Assembly (NCBI GenBank): GCA_951406725.2
Contig: OX597825.1
Location: 36,208,001-36,272,000 of the forward strand
Length of the DNA stretch: 64,000 bases
Direction: 5' to 3'
Source: Octopus vulgaris
Taxonomy: Eukaryota
Part shown: positions 26,118 to 39,042 of the stretch, one piece after another
How positions within the stretch are numbered: the first letter of the stretch is position 1
Layout: every line of letters begins with the position of its first letter
Position numbers and translations under genes: made by a program
The notes under the pieces: model-generated
Databases searched by the model: none
What the model saw: only the letters and a program-made list of their open reading frames with translations
Told to the model about the DNA's origin: nothing

Positions 26118-27320
26118 CTAGCTGGTGTACCTGGCAATTCCCAGGGGTAAAAATGTTGTATTGATATTGTCTTATAACTCTGATATAAGAAGGCAATTTC
26201 GTTATAACAGTCACAAAAGGTGTATTTTCCGTCACGGAAAAGTACAAAAACTGTCAGCTGGAGGAGGAAGAGATTGTATGTATATAAATATATGAATGAA
26301 GTGTTTAAAGAAAGTGCAATGATAACATTCACACTCGCTGAGGGTCTCTCTCAGTAACTGCCTTTAGCTTACGGAGTTCTTTATAACTATCGAAAAGCAT
26401 CCAGAAGGATAGATATATTGTTGAGAACAAATGATTTCATTGTTCTGTTATCTCCATTCTAGCCCCTAGTGGCCTAGAAGAGGTTAGAAGGGTCATGTGC
26501 CAAAGATATTATTCTGCTTAGCAAAGGCATCTGGGAAATGTATAACTGCTGTCATTCACAGAAAAACTATTGTTTTACTGTGAGAAAAATTTGGCAATAG
26601 AGGATCGAATTCATGCTATGCCTGCATGAAGCCACTGTGAATACATTGTGGAATAAAAAATTTATCTACTGTCATGGAAAAAGTGTAACTATAAAAATGC
26701 AGAATTATCGAAGTAATGGGCATTCAAAAAAGTATGTATGTATAGAAATGTATGAATGAAGTCTTTAATGTTTAAGATTCAAATTAAGGAAGTGCAATAA
26801 TAATGTTTAGCAGTTCAAAACTGTGAGTAGTGAAATGCAGAATTAGGTTGGCTGATCATGAGAATCAAATATTGATCGCTTCGCTAAAAACTACAGGTGG
26901 TATGGGTTATTTCCCTTGGGTTGTTTAAATAAAATATTAGTAATATGTAGTAGATAGAAGGATCCATTAGAGGGGCCCTATCATTGATATTTTTCAACAA
27001 TCCAAGTATGTCACACGGTTTCCTGACATGAGTTCTACTCATGTGTCAAATAAAGTATAATAGTGATATTGTCTGCAAAAATTAGAAATTGGACACACAA
27101 AAAATCAATATTCAAAGTAATCTAACATAAATAATGAAATGGGCTATTTCCTTTGAAGGTTTAAAAAAATATTGTGCAGGTGTTATGGGTTATTTCCCTT
27201 GGGTATCAAAAAATTAGTTATATGAGGTAGATATAAAGGTCCCTTCCAGGGGCCATATTATCGAGATTTTCAACAATCTAAGTATGTCGCAAGGTTTGAC
27301 ATACTTAGTTCAACTAACTG
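26118..27320 (-). mobile_element. Helitron-like element with internal direct repeats
   Basis: TACTAG plus hairpin CCTGG-CAATTC-CCAGG at 26117-26146 (a 3' end on the minus strand). Internal duplications 26275-26330/26735-26805 and 26893-27030/27176-27305. The distal boundary is uncertain. Confidence 0.55.
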
Positions 27321-27334
27321 CAATAAGACTACTT

Positions 27335-27690
27335 GACACACAGGTTCTTCTGGGTACCTGATGCAAAGACCAGCAAGTCTCATTCTTCTCTGCTGAATCT
27401 GCTCAATCACTTTGGGTAGATTTTGATAAAGCTGCTCATTGGTTAAATGAGCTCACCATATAGTATTCAGAACCATTCTTAACATCCCTATGTAACAACT
27501 ATATTTGTAAATTTCAAGCTTTTTGTTGAGAGTCAAAGTTTGTGACAGATACTCCAAGCAAGTACCTTTTGTACAGCAAAGTCCTTTTCATTACTTTCCA
27601 TCCAAGTATCAAGGTACTTGAAGTTAGTAACTTTCTTAAGTTCTTTTCCATTTCTTGCAAAAAGGTGATTTGGTTGCACAGCATCTTGAT
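27335..27690 (-). pseudogene. RTE-like LINE ORF2 C-terminal fragment
   Basis: NGKELKKVTNFKYLDTWMESNEKDFAVQKVLAWSICHKL matches the L..V..F.YLG thumb motif of non-LTR RTs. Confidence 0.65.
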
Positions 27691-28763
27691 TGACTGTCTG
27701 ATATTCAGGTGGGACCAATCGATTATATTAACCCCAGTATTTCACTGGTATTCATTTAATTTATCTTAAAAGGATGAAAGACAAAATCAACTTGTAAAGG
27801 CACGTAACTAGATACCACTAAAAATTTTCAAGGTAAAGAAAACAGAGGAAGGGGAGGAGGAGGAGGAGGTGATGATCTTTTGTTTATTAGTCACAAGAGC
27901 TCAAAGAGATACAAGTAAATTCAAAACCATCACTAAGAGTTAAAAAAGAAAAAGCAAAGTAAAGAAGACATGGAGTGTGTAAGAATGCTTACAAATATGA
28001 AGCAGATGGTAGTATGAGAGATGTTATATATAATATATGGAAAAATGTATTAAGATTTTAAAAGTACATACATATATACATTTGTGTATATACACCAACA
28101 CACACAAATGTATATATATACACACACACATATTTATATATACACATATATCATCATCATCATCATCATCGTTTAACGTCCGTTTTCCATGCTAGCATGG
28201 GTTGGATGATTTGACTGGCTCTGGGAAGCCAGGGGGCTGCACCAGGCTCCAGTCTGATCTGGCAGTGTTTCTACAGCTGGATGCCCTTCCTAATGCCAAC
28301 CACTCCGTGAGTGTAGTGGGTGCTTTTTACGTGCCACTGGCACAGGTGCCTAGGGAGGCTGGCAACAGCCATACATACATAATATATTTAAACCAAATAG
28401 TAATATTTTGAATGCATTTAATACATACGTTTCAGCTCTTACGCAACATCTTCCTCAGTTAAGACATTTCAAGTAAGCCAGTCCTTACCCTTTTTACATG
28501 GACACTCAACAAGGATTTGGAGTCTTGCCAAAGATTTGCACATTTTATTGCATAATGCACAGTTGTTCTGGCTGGCAGAAGGAACAAGTGCCACAGAATG
28601 AAGTCTTTTGACATATCTTTTTAATCCTCCAACTGAATGGCACACCTTTCCACAGGTTGCATATGTTCTGTTGTGAACAATAGCTGTATCACAATTTACA
28701 TAGACACATTCTCACGCACACACACACATATACTAAGAAAAAGAGTGTGATGGATTTACTTAC

Positions 28764-28869
28764 CAGGTGTCCACTGGGGTTTCTGAGCAGCCAAGATGGA
28801 TAGAAAACGATCATAGTCTGAAGACATCAAAGTGAACTGCAGTTTTTCATCAAAACCAATTATACCTGA
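28764..28869 (-). CDS. Beta-lactamase domain protein exon 4
   Basis: ttttcag acceptor, GTAAGT donor. Translates SGIIGFDEKLQFTLMSSDYDRFLSILAAQKPQWTP(G), with the LAxQxPxWxPG motif. Confidence 0.92.
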
Positions 28870-29033
28870 CTGAAAAAAAGAGAAAGCAAGTGTGAGAATA
28901 TACCACAATTGCAAACTTCATTGGTTTTTCTAAGGACAGATCTGCTTTTTAAACAAATAAATGTCTTTTATTATAACCATAGTTTCACCAATACTTTGTG
29001 ATTGGAATTTGGTAGATGGAGCTATGTGAAATT

Positions 29034-29065
<32 letters not shown>

Positions 29066-29307
29066 TACATGCATGTCCCTTTGTGTTTCTTCTCCACCCT
29101 GACCACCTGACAACAGGTGTAGGTTTGTTTATATCCCCATAAATTTGCAGTTCAGCAAAAGAGACTGATAGAATAAGCAAGTACTTTAGTTGATTTGTTT
29201 GACTAAAAATCCTTCAAGGCAGAGCCCCAGCATGGTCGCAGTCCATTGACTGAAATAAGTGAAAGAAAAGGATAAACAAAAAGAATAAAAATAATTAGGA
29301 AACTTAC

Positions 29308-29407
29308 CTGGTGGCTAACCAACATGCCAACTGTAATGGATTCTTTACCATTCTGAGCAAATTCTGGCCAGTAGTGACTGACTTTCTGATTATAATCAAT
29401 ATAACCC
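29308..29407 (-). CDS. Beta-lactamase domain protein exon 3
   Basis: ttgcag acceptor, GTAAGT donor. Translates GYIDYNQKVSHYWPEFAQNGKESITVGMLVSHQ (YWPEF..NGK..IT...L.SH family motif). Confidence 0.95.
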
Positions 29408-30867
29408 CTGCAAAGAAATAGTGTCAACATATATTCAGGTCTTCTGTTGCAGTAACAGAGGTTAGTTTAGCAGAATACTATTATTACAAGTCTCATCTTT
29501 CCAACACCTGGTCCACTTCAATACGAGGTAGTATCAAAAAATTCCCAGGCTAGTTTGATATATGCCTCAAACTGTAACTTGAATCTATGGTTTCCTACCT
29601 CTTCCTTGTCACATCTTCACTATCTTTCTCTCCTGTTTCTCTCCATCTGAGATAGCCCTGTTTCTTTTCTAATGCGAAACACCTTTCTCTGTCCCTCTGT
29701 ACTACTCTCCTCATCTCAGTTGAGGGGGTTTTGTCTTGCAAGTAACTTGGTGACCTCATTACTGCTGGTGTCATGTAAAACAACACCCAGTACACTCTGT
29801 AAAGTGGTTGGCATTAGGAAAGGCATCCAGCCATAGAAACCATGCCAAGACAGCAGAGCTTGGTGCAGTCTTCTGACTTGTCAGTTCCTGTCAAACTATC
29901 CAACCCATGCCAGCATGGAAAATGGATGTTAAATGATGATGATGAGAAGGAGGAGGAGGAGGAAGAGGAGGAAGATGGTGATGATGATGACAAATCATGG
30001 TAAATTAGAATCTTAAGTGTATGAAACAAATCTTAGGGTCTTTTATACTATGAATCCAAACCCCTTTCAGATCAACTTTGTCTTTCAATTTTCCAATGTT
30101 GATAAAATAAAAGTACCAGTCATGTACTGGAGTTGAGACTCAATTATTCCTGAATATGCACTGCTGAAATTGGAGTACAACTAACAAAGTCAAATATTTT
30201 TTATGCCATTAAATTTAGGATGCATCCTAAATATCTTTGGAATTATAGAAGACAAACCATAAAATAAAATGTAATTGTGGACTGTAAAGAGATGCAAGTG
30301 AATTCTGATTGTTTGAAGTACACTTCATTAGTGTGCACCTTCTTTATCATAGTAGGTATTCCAGTTTGTTATTTCCCTGGGGTTCTTTCATGGGTCCAGA
30401 CTGAGTACATGCTGGTTGTTTTTGACAGTTTGACTGTGAGGGTCATTTAACAAGAACCAAAAACAGGAGCATGATCTTGCTAGCCAGAACCTTGTTTTGC
30501 ATGCTAAGGTTTATCCTTCTTCATTGATCATTACCTGGTTTGGTGGTAGAGGGACCCAAGCCCTCAAATTATGCCCAAATAGCTCCCAAATTATGTCCTT
30601 AGTTATGACCTGATTTAGTAGAATATAACCCCTAGCAGTATCCAGAACTGGTATGCCCCCAAAATCACAATTACAATCCATCCCACAAACATTGAAATAT
30701 TTTTATTTGCCATTTCTTGGTGTACCATTGGGACAAGTTTCTAAATTATAAGAGTTTTGTATTGAATTTTGTGAACAGAGATGGGTTAATTTTGATTTTG
30801 TAATGAAAATTTGAAGATAATTAGTGACGTGGGGGATTTCTGTAGTGTGTTTGTAATAGATACTTAC

Positions 30868-31053
30868 TTCTCAACGAATTTGGCCAGTAGTATTGCAGCC
30901 ACTCCTTTGGAAACAGAGAAGATGGTACCTAGTGTGTCGTTTCTCCAGGGTGATTCTGCATTTGCATAACCACCCCATAGATCAACCACCAATTCTCCTT
31001 TATAATAGGCAGCAAAGGTGCCACCAAGCTCAAGTTCGTTGTTGACATTTTGT
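30868..31053 (-). CDS. Beta-lactamase domain protein exon 2 (catalytic SxxK)
   Basis: tttatag acceptor, GTAAGT donor. Translates RQNVNNELELGGTFAAYYKGELVVDLWGGYANAESPWRNDTLGTIFSVSKGVAAILLAKFVEK, containing VVDLWGG and FSVSK. Confidence 0.95.
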
Positions 31054-34000
31054 CTATAAAAGAAATAAAAGTACAAAAGGTGAGTTTGAAGGGATTTATT
31101 AGTTGTGCCTGTGAAAAAGGAACAAAAAGAAAAAAAAACAAAAACAAAAGCATGATTATATACATAAGCAGGACAAGATAACAATTTCTATTGTGGATAC
31201 AGCATAACCAAACAGTTAAGAAGTTTACTTTGAATCACAAGATCCTTGGTTCAATTTCACTGTATGGCATCTTGGGCAAGTACCCCAAGATTTAGGGTGA
31301 CCTAAACCTTATGAGTGGAATGAGATTGACAGAAACAGTTTGGAGACTCATCAGATACACATTGAATCATGCTAATTTTACCTGAAGATTACATCAGTAA
31401 TATTTTTGTCTAAGGGATACTCAGCCACTTACACAATGATCAAACAATTCCATTGATCAAACAACTGAAACCTCATTGTTGAAACTAACAGAGATCCAGT
31501 TACTATTTATTAGGGGTAGATGGTTGAATAGCAAATAGTCTGTTGAAGACATTTTTCACCTTTTATCACTCCTCCTGGGCCAATAAAATAAGTACTGGAA
31601 AAAGAGTGGCAAGATATGGGCAGTTCAGTTCTCTAACTCTATCTTTCCCCTAATCCAAATTTTATAGCCTTCTACCTATATTAGAAATCAATATATTATT
31701 AGTCATTAAAGCAGTGGGCTGGCAGAATAGTTAGCATGCCTGGAAAAATTCTTAGCAGCATTTTCTCCATCCTTGCATTGTGGGTTCAAATTCTGCGGAG
31801 GTTGACTTTACCTTTAATTCATTTAGGGTCAATGAAACATGTACCAGTTGAGCTCTGGGGTAGGTGTAATTACTTGCTGCCACCTTTGAACTTACTGGCT
31901 TAGTGCCAAAATTTGAAACCATTATATTGGTCCTTGATCACACCAGAATAGCAGGAAAAATAATATGAGACACTATCTCATCCAAAACCAAAATAACAGG
32001 TAAATTTTTCTTTCTAACCATTGTCTCTACTAAGACTGAAGCCATTAACATTTTTTCCTATCCTGAACCAAGCTCCCTTGTTCATCCCAACTGTACCACA
32101 TTTCTTTAGTCTATGTTTTGTTGACATAATTTCCATCAAACTGAATTCTAAATAACATTTTTTCATCTCCCATACAAGACAAATACAGATATTCCATTTT
32201 AGTTTAGGAAAGGTGCTGGGATCACCAGCTGTTATGATAGAGATGGGAAAGCAAAAAGATTCTTTTTTGGGATCAATATGCATTTTTTTTTTCAATTAAA
32301 GATACTCTTTTCTGCATCTTTTATCATTTACTTGTTTCAGTCATTGGACTGCAGCCATCCTTTGAAGGTTAGTTGAATGAACTGACCCCAGTACTTATTA
32401 TTTTTTAAAGTTTGATACTTATTCTGTTGGCCTCTTTTGCCAAACCACTATGTCATGAGGATGTGAACAAACCAACAAGCAGTCACAGGTCATCCTTTAA
32501 GACACCAGAGAGGTGCAACATCATGTCCTTATCCATGTAACAAGAAACCTTTTCACACACCCTACCCCAACAAACCAATCTACATCTCTACATCTCTTCT
32601 CTTCCTCACATTTCCTCCTTCATACACTATACCTAGCTCTCACCTCAGTCCTGTCCTCATGGCCCTGTTCTTCTGTATCACTGTTATCCGGTAGCCCCCG
32701 ACTCTATATATACCCAGGTTTTTGCCACCCCACCCTCTGCTCTCTTTAATCACACTTCCTTCGCAATATCTTGCCACTCTTGTTCGAACCTCAAGGGTAT
32801 GCCCTGGCACTTGCCACCATCTCTATCCTGTATATCTCTCTATATCTCTCTCTTCCTTTACTCAACCATCCCATTTATATTCTGATCGCTGTCTCTTGTG
32901 AGTATGCCTGGCACTTTGCTACCATCTCTAACCTACTGTCTCCCACTCCCTCTCTCCTTCTCCTGCACTTCCTTCAGGTTGGGTAACCATGTATTTCCTT
33001 TGCGGCAGCGCACCTATTCCTGTCTTCATTCCTGATCTCTCCCTCTCTATCCGACTAGGTAACCTTGTACCTCCTCTACAGTAAGACACCTGTTTCTATC
33101 TCCCTATCTCACTATAACCTTTAATTACCTCCTCCAGTGTCCCCTCCCCTTTCAAGAGATTTTTTTGTCTTGCAAGTACTTGGGGACCGTGTCAGTACAG
33201 GTGCCACTTAAAGACACCTAGTCTACACTGTGAAGTGGTTGGCATTTGGAAGGGCCTCCAGTTGTAAAAACCTTGCCAAAACTGATCACGCCTGTGTTTG
33301 TGCCACATAAAAAGCACTAAGTCCACTCTGCTGAGTGGTTGATGAAAGGAAGGGCATCTAACTGGACAGCAGATGTTAAACGATGATGATGGTGTGTGTG
33401 TGTGTGTGTCAGTGCATGTGTGTATGTATGCATGCAAGCATGTGTAGACATGTGTGTGTCTGTGAGTGTGTGTGTATGCATGTGTGTATGTGTACATGCA
33501 TGTGTGTGCGCATGCACACATTTGTGTGTATGTGTATAACATCCATACAAGCTATCTTGCAAATTTCAAAACAGGATCCTTGTATTTGCAAAATGAACTC
33601 ATCAGTCACACAGCTATGCCTCTACCTAAAAATATATATAATCTTATACATCATATGCTATCAGATATTCACATTTTGCTTTTCATTGTCACACTCTATT
33701 TAAAAGAGAATTCTTTTATCAACCCAAAGGTTAATAAGTAGGCCAACTTAGCACTATTGTGAATATTTAGATTTACAGTGATGTTTAAAGTTTAAGTTTT
33801 ATGGCTAAATGATCCAAGAATAGATAATTTTTTTCTTAAAGCTGTATCAGTGTCTATCAAAGTTGTCTTCAATAATTAAGTTTAATTCTCTTTTACTGTT
33901 TTATCTTAATTATTTTCCACCTTGTATCTTTTATCTTTTACCTGTTTCAGTCATTTAACTGTGGCCATGCTGGAGCACTACCTTGAAGAATTTCATGTCG

Positions 34001-35207
34001 AAGGAATTGACCTCAATGTTTCTTTTTTTTTTTTAAACCTGGTACTTATTCTATTGGTCTCTTTTGCTGAACTGCTAAGTTACAGGACTGTAAACACGCC
34101 AACACCGGTTGTCAATCAGTGGAGGGGAACAAACACAGACACAAAGACAAAACACACAAACACACACATTTTTATACACAATGGGCTTCTTTCAGTTTCT
34201 ATCTACCAAATCCACTCACAAGGATTCTGTTGGCCCAAGGCCGTAGTAAAAGACATTTGCCCAAGGTGCAAAGCAGTGGGACTGAACCTGGAACCATGCA
34301 GTCAGGAAGCAAGCTGCTTACCATGCAGCCACGCCTGCCTCTATGTATGATTGGAATTTTTGCTTTTATTTCGTTTGTTTTGTGTAGTTGTTGCTGTTCA
34401 TGTTGTTGTTTAAATACACATTACTTTTGGTGAAGCAGACCAATCATTAAAATTGTTCTAGCAGTAATCATTCCACTTTTTATTTATTTGTTTCTTTTTG
34501 CTTTATTTTCTTCCTGACATAGTGTACATTGGACTACATTATCCAACATGTGCTTTCTCTTATAAAACAATGGGTATTTTTCTTTTCTATTTTACAGACA
34601 AATTTAGCTGCTATTTCTTGGAAGTCAAACCACCACATAGAGTGTCTTCTTTGTTGGCCCTTTGTGGAGCAGTACTACATTTCCAGCTAAATGTTTGTTA
34701 TCACTAAGGACTTTAACCATAAAGAATGACAAGAACCAGTTTGTCATTTTTCATTCACCAACATATTACTACTGTTGGTTTATATTCTCTCTCTCTTTCC
34801 TGCTATTGAGCTAACAAACTGTGCATGACCCCCCCCCAACCACCTCTGTCCAAGAGTCTTACTTTTACTCTTCTGTATATTTTTCTCTATACCAAAGCCC
34901 CATGCTAAATACTTAACACAAAATGGCACCCTTCTCTAAAGCTTCCTTTTGATCACATTTCTCAGCAGTTCAAATTATTGCTGTTAAGCCTTAGGTCACC
35001 ATAATTGAGCACACCAATGATCAAAGCATTCCAGCCATTACCACCTATTGTGTTTACGTCCCCGTTACTTAGCGGTTCGGTAAAATAAGCCCGATAGAAT
35101 AAGTACTAGGCTTACAATGAATAAGTCCTGGGGTCGATTTGTTCGACTAAAGGCGGTGCTCCAGCATGGCCGCAATCAAATGACTGAAATAAGTAAAAGA
35201 GTAAAGA

Positions 35208-35241
<34 letters not shown>

Positions 35242-35510
35242 CTATGGCTAATAAATAATCTGTGTATACACATAGCCAACTATATATAAACATACAGACT
35301 TACAAAAGCGCACATTTATATACGCGTGTCCTACATAGACATGTACATATACATCCATATACATACCTATCTCAAACATATGTACAAGCATATCTAGATA
35401 GGAGCAGAAATATATCAAATATAAATATAGCGGCAACGGTGATTATGAGGCGCACAGTGTACCACACGTCAGGTGTCAAAGTGATTGTAGAGATGAAATG
35501 TTTTGCTCAC

Positions 35511-35582
35511 GTGAAACCACACCCAGGGGAACGGGCTTGGGCAGATAGGCGAGGAAAGAAGACCCTGTTGAGTTTTCTCTAG
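35511..35582 (+). pseudogene. 28S rRNA-derived fragment (~72 bp, diverged)
   Basis: GTGAAACCACACCCAGGGGAACGGGCTTGGGCAGATAGGCGAGGAAAGAAGACCCTGTTGAGTTTTCTCTAG matches the conserved eukaryotic LSU segment GCGAAACCACAGCCAAGGGAACGGGCTTGG...GGGGAAAGAAGACCCTGTTGAGCTTGACTCTAG (recalled from memory). Confidence 0.85.
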
Positions 35583-36254
35583 AAGAAAGAGGCACAGCCA
35601 TAATTGGGGAGGTGGTGTCGATAGGATAACCGTTATATATTGACAACTTATTTTATACCTGTCCTAATAATACATGATTCGTAAAACAGTAAACAAAAAG
35701 CTATTCCACGCCATATACAAGAACCATTTACTTAACATAAATTATTATCGTTTGCTTAGGCCGATGGTTAGAGTAAAGCTCTTTGAGATAACATCTTAAG
35801 AAAAGACAAGTGAGAACGTCACTTAAAAGTCCTTTATACACATCTTACTAGCTAGAGTAAAAAAAAAATCTCCCACACCCTCCTTTCGCGTGCGCGCATT
35901 TTTTTTCATATTCGTTCAGAGGAAGTTGTTTTACACCAATTACACACATTTTTTTTTTTATTCTTTGAATGGTGTAACGCTTTAGTTTAACCAAAATTTC
36001 TTCATTAATGACGGAATGGTATGTCATTTGAGGCAAATATGGCTGCTATTTCTAGGCGGTCAAATGACCTTATACACAGCTGATCACACTGTAGTTGGCA
36101 TGTGAATATAGTAGTCGGAGAAATTTCGTCAATGAATAACATAAATAGAAGAACGATAACTCGTGTCCGACAAAATCAAATGATTAAATTTAATCGAGTA
36201 AAAACAATTCGATTTGAACTCGTTGATTGAAGAAGAGAATGGATTTAGTCTTAC

Positions 36255-36400
36255 CTGAATGCATCCTCTACTTGCTTAAATCTTGGGTCAACAAAACCAT
36301 CGATGAATTTCGGTAAGTTTTTGAAGTAGCGGACTTGGGAATAGTAGCCATATATCGCTAAAATAGCTACACACGCAGAGCCGATGGCAAGAAGATTCAT
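36255..36400 (-). CDS. Beta-lactamase domain-containing protein (serine hydrolase, lact-2/BLDP2-like), exon 1 of 8
   Basis: ATG at 36400. Translates MNLLAIGSACVAILAIYGYYSQVRYFKNLPKFIDGFVDPRFKQVEDAF, a hydrophobic N-terminal anchor plus the GxVxPxFxxVxxAF start typical of this family. GTAAG donor follows, phase 2. Confidence 0.9.
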
Positions 36401-36479
36401 AGCTATGTTGAATAATTTTTCTCTGTTTCTCTTTCAGGTCCTTTTTGTTTCCTTATTTTGCTTTGTCTTAACCCCAAAC

Positions 36480-36830
36480 AAAGAACGTCAGCAGTTTTGC
36501 AACCCTTTAGAGGACCATCGAGTACGAAAGGAGTGGGTCGCATGCGGGATATCTTATTGAACTCAGGGACAGTGTACTCTGATCGAATTATATAATTATA
36601 AGTTATAGCAGTATTTAAAGAGATTACACTGTTCCCTATCTTTTTTCTGTTATATTATTATCATTATCAGCAAGAGAGAGAGGGCAGAGTCCTAGGTGAC
36701 TGCACTTTCCCCTCGCAGACGAGGGAGAACAGTTGTCATAAACGTGCCTTAAAGCTCATAACGTTGCTATGATCGTTATCAATAAATTTAGAGTTACGTC
36801 CCCCTAATCTCTGCACAACCTGTTGTAAAT
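36480..36830 (-). promoter_or_regulatory. Probable promoter/5' region of the beta-lactamase-domain gene
   Basis: Non-repetitive, CpG-richer stretch immediately upstream of exon 1. Positional inference only. Confidence 0.4.
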
Positions 36831-37036
36831 AAAACAAAACAAAACAAAAGGTATTATTTTGCAATAAAAATACAAGTAAGAAAAGTTTTTTTTTTTAAAT
36901 GGGTAGTCCTATGAAATGACCTAGATGAGATGAGATTATTTTTAATACGTCTGTATGTGATAACATTAAAAGAGATCAGACCAAGAATTGCATAGCAAGG
37001 TTGACAACAATCCGGTTGACGTGCAACACTCTACAC

Positions 37037-37252
37037 CAGGGGTGGGCAAACTACGGCCCGCGGGCCGCATGCGGCCCGCCATAGGTTTTCATGCGGCCCG
37101 CCGAGAGCTTTTATGAATTCCAACTTCTATGCAGATACTTCGTAACTGTACGGTAATTCACAATATTTTCACTTGATTTTTATAAATGAGGCCCGCCAAG
37201 GTTCCAAAGACGCACTGTGCGGCCCGCGATCAAAAAAGTTTGCCCACCCCTG
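37037..37252. mobile_element. hAT (Charlie-type) MITE
   Basis: TIR CAGGGGTGGGCAAACT / AGTTTGCCCACCCCTG, subterminal GCGGCCCGC repeats and a perfect 8-bp TSD CTCTACAC (37029-37036, 37253-37260). Confidence 0.96.
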
Positions 37253-37431
37253 CTCTACACGGTAGCTAGACTTGCTAGAAGTAGCAGCCAAATTTTACTC
37301 AAATCATTATCGTCATTTTTAAATCGACATATTGTGTAATGTAGTCCTAGATACATTACCTAGATGTAGTGCTAAACAAAAGATGGAATAGTCAAGGCTG
37401 GGACACCTTTGACATCTAATCGTTTGTTCGG

Positions 37432-39040
37432 GTGAACGGTTTCTTTTCGGAGCCGTTCTGCATTGAACGATCGGTACGTCAAGGGTGCCTTCTCTCTCCG
37501 CTTCTCTACGTTTTGGCCCTCGAGCCATTGCTGAGGAAGTTGGAATATATGAGGGGCACTCCGCAAGATCTAGGGTGCGGAAAGTTAACTTCGGCGTATG
37601 CGGACGACATCACCGTCATCGTATCCTGGGTTGAGCACCTACAGTGGGTGGGTGAGGCCTTAAGGGCTTATGAAGAGGTGGCAGGAGCGAAAATCAACCG
37701 AGATAAATCGGTCGGCTTGCAACTCGGCACCTGGAGGGGCAAGTCGATGCCTTCCGACAACGTTGTGGGACGTTGGACGGAAGGGCTGGGGAAAATGTTT
37801 GTAGTCTGGTTCGGTTCAGATCTCCAGATAGAGAATTGGAGCGAGGTGACGAGCAAGGTAGCTCTCTTAACTCAGACCTGGTTTGAGTGGTGGTTGTCTC
37901 TGAAAGGGAGGGCAGAGATTGCAGAAGTGTTCATCGCCTCTGTAATCACTTACTGCTTGAACGTTGTGCCTTGCCCCGATTCGTGGCTGAACTAGCTGGA
38001 ACGCATGCTCTTTCGCTTTTTGTGGAGGGGCAGCAGACCTCTTGTAAGGCGCTCTATCTGCTGCCAAAAGCCGCTGAAGGGTGGGCTAGGGATGCCGTGG
38101 CTAAAAATGCGCAGACATGCGCTCAGGCTCAGGCACCTCTGACTTTACCTGGACGGTGAGCAGGTGTGGTCTCCGTTCGTCAAGCTGTTATTTCCACAGT
38201 TCACATCGTTTACCGAACTAGACCCATGGATCAAGTGTAGACCGAGGTTGGGCGTGTGGCATGCAGAGTGCCACCAGGCACTCGTACTTCTCTCCCAGTT
38301 GGGCAACGCCAGTGGCGGGGGTACTACCTCGTTCTTCTATAGAGGGTTAGCAGAGTTCAAGTGCAACGACGTCCTGGGAGAAACCCTAGGCTTCGACGAA
38401 GATCAACTGGCCAACCTGTTCCAAAGAACATTCGGGCCGGGGCCTATGGATAATTACCAAAAGTCCCTGGCCTGGCAATGTTACAGGGGAGCTTTACCGG
38501 TTCTAGATAAGCTCTTTAGACATGGGTGTGCGCCTTCACCGGTTTGTGCAAGATGCGAGCAGGACAGTGAAACTGTCCTGCGCGCGATTGTGCAATGCCC
38601 CAAGGTGACTGAGCTCTGGGCTTATGTTGAACACCTGCTGTCGCATTCGAGAAGAGTACAACTGTCGAGCGAATCTGTAATTAAGATAGTTCCGCCGACC
38701 TCCCTGAATAGGGAGGGGCGAACCTGTTTTCTCTCGGTAGTTGCTGTTGCGAAAGAGGTAGTATGGAAGACGAGAGTGATAGGAATTGCAACAGGCATGT
38801 TTATCTCCAGTCTCGAGCTAATCGACTTTTTCGTTTTCCACATGAAACGGAAAATAAGATAAGGCTGGCGAAGAAATGCCTGTCGCAAAGTGTGTTTCGT
38901 AAAAGATGGAAGTCTGTAGCAAGTATGTTGTGAGTGAAAGAACCTGTCTAAATGAGAACAAAAAAGAGACACAGCAAAGTCTTCAGTGCGAGTATGTGTT
39001 TTGTGGGGTCGACCGCGTCCTCCGTTTCATTTTTTGTAAG
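37432..39040 (+). pseudogene. 5'-truncated L1/Tx1-clade LINE ORF2 (reverse transcriptase plus C-terminal zinc finger)
   Basis: SVRQGCLLSPLLYVLALEPL, AYADD, GAKINRDKS, GGLGMP and CARC....ET...IVQCP, with in-frame stops at ~37993 and ~38140. Confidence 0.93.
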
Positions 39041-39042
39041 TC

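Noticed and set aside
28505-28690. Two C2H2-like motifs (TCGKVCHSVGGLKRY..., CALCNKMCKSLA) on the minus strand next to exon 4, as an extra exon
   Set aside because: The zinc ligands are decayed, there are no suitable splice sites, and the gene is complete without it. It resembles the C-terminal tail of an RTE-type LINE.
36615-36642. TTAAAGAGATTACACTGTTCCCTATCT resembling the 28S R1/R2 target region
   Set aside because: The match is too short and gapped to distinguish from chance or a promoter motif.
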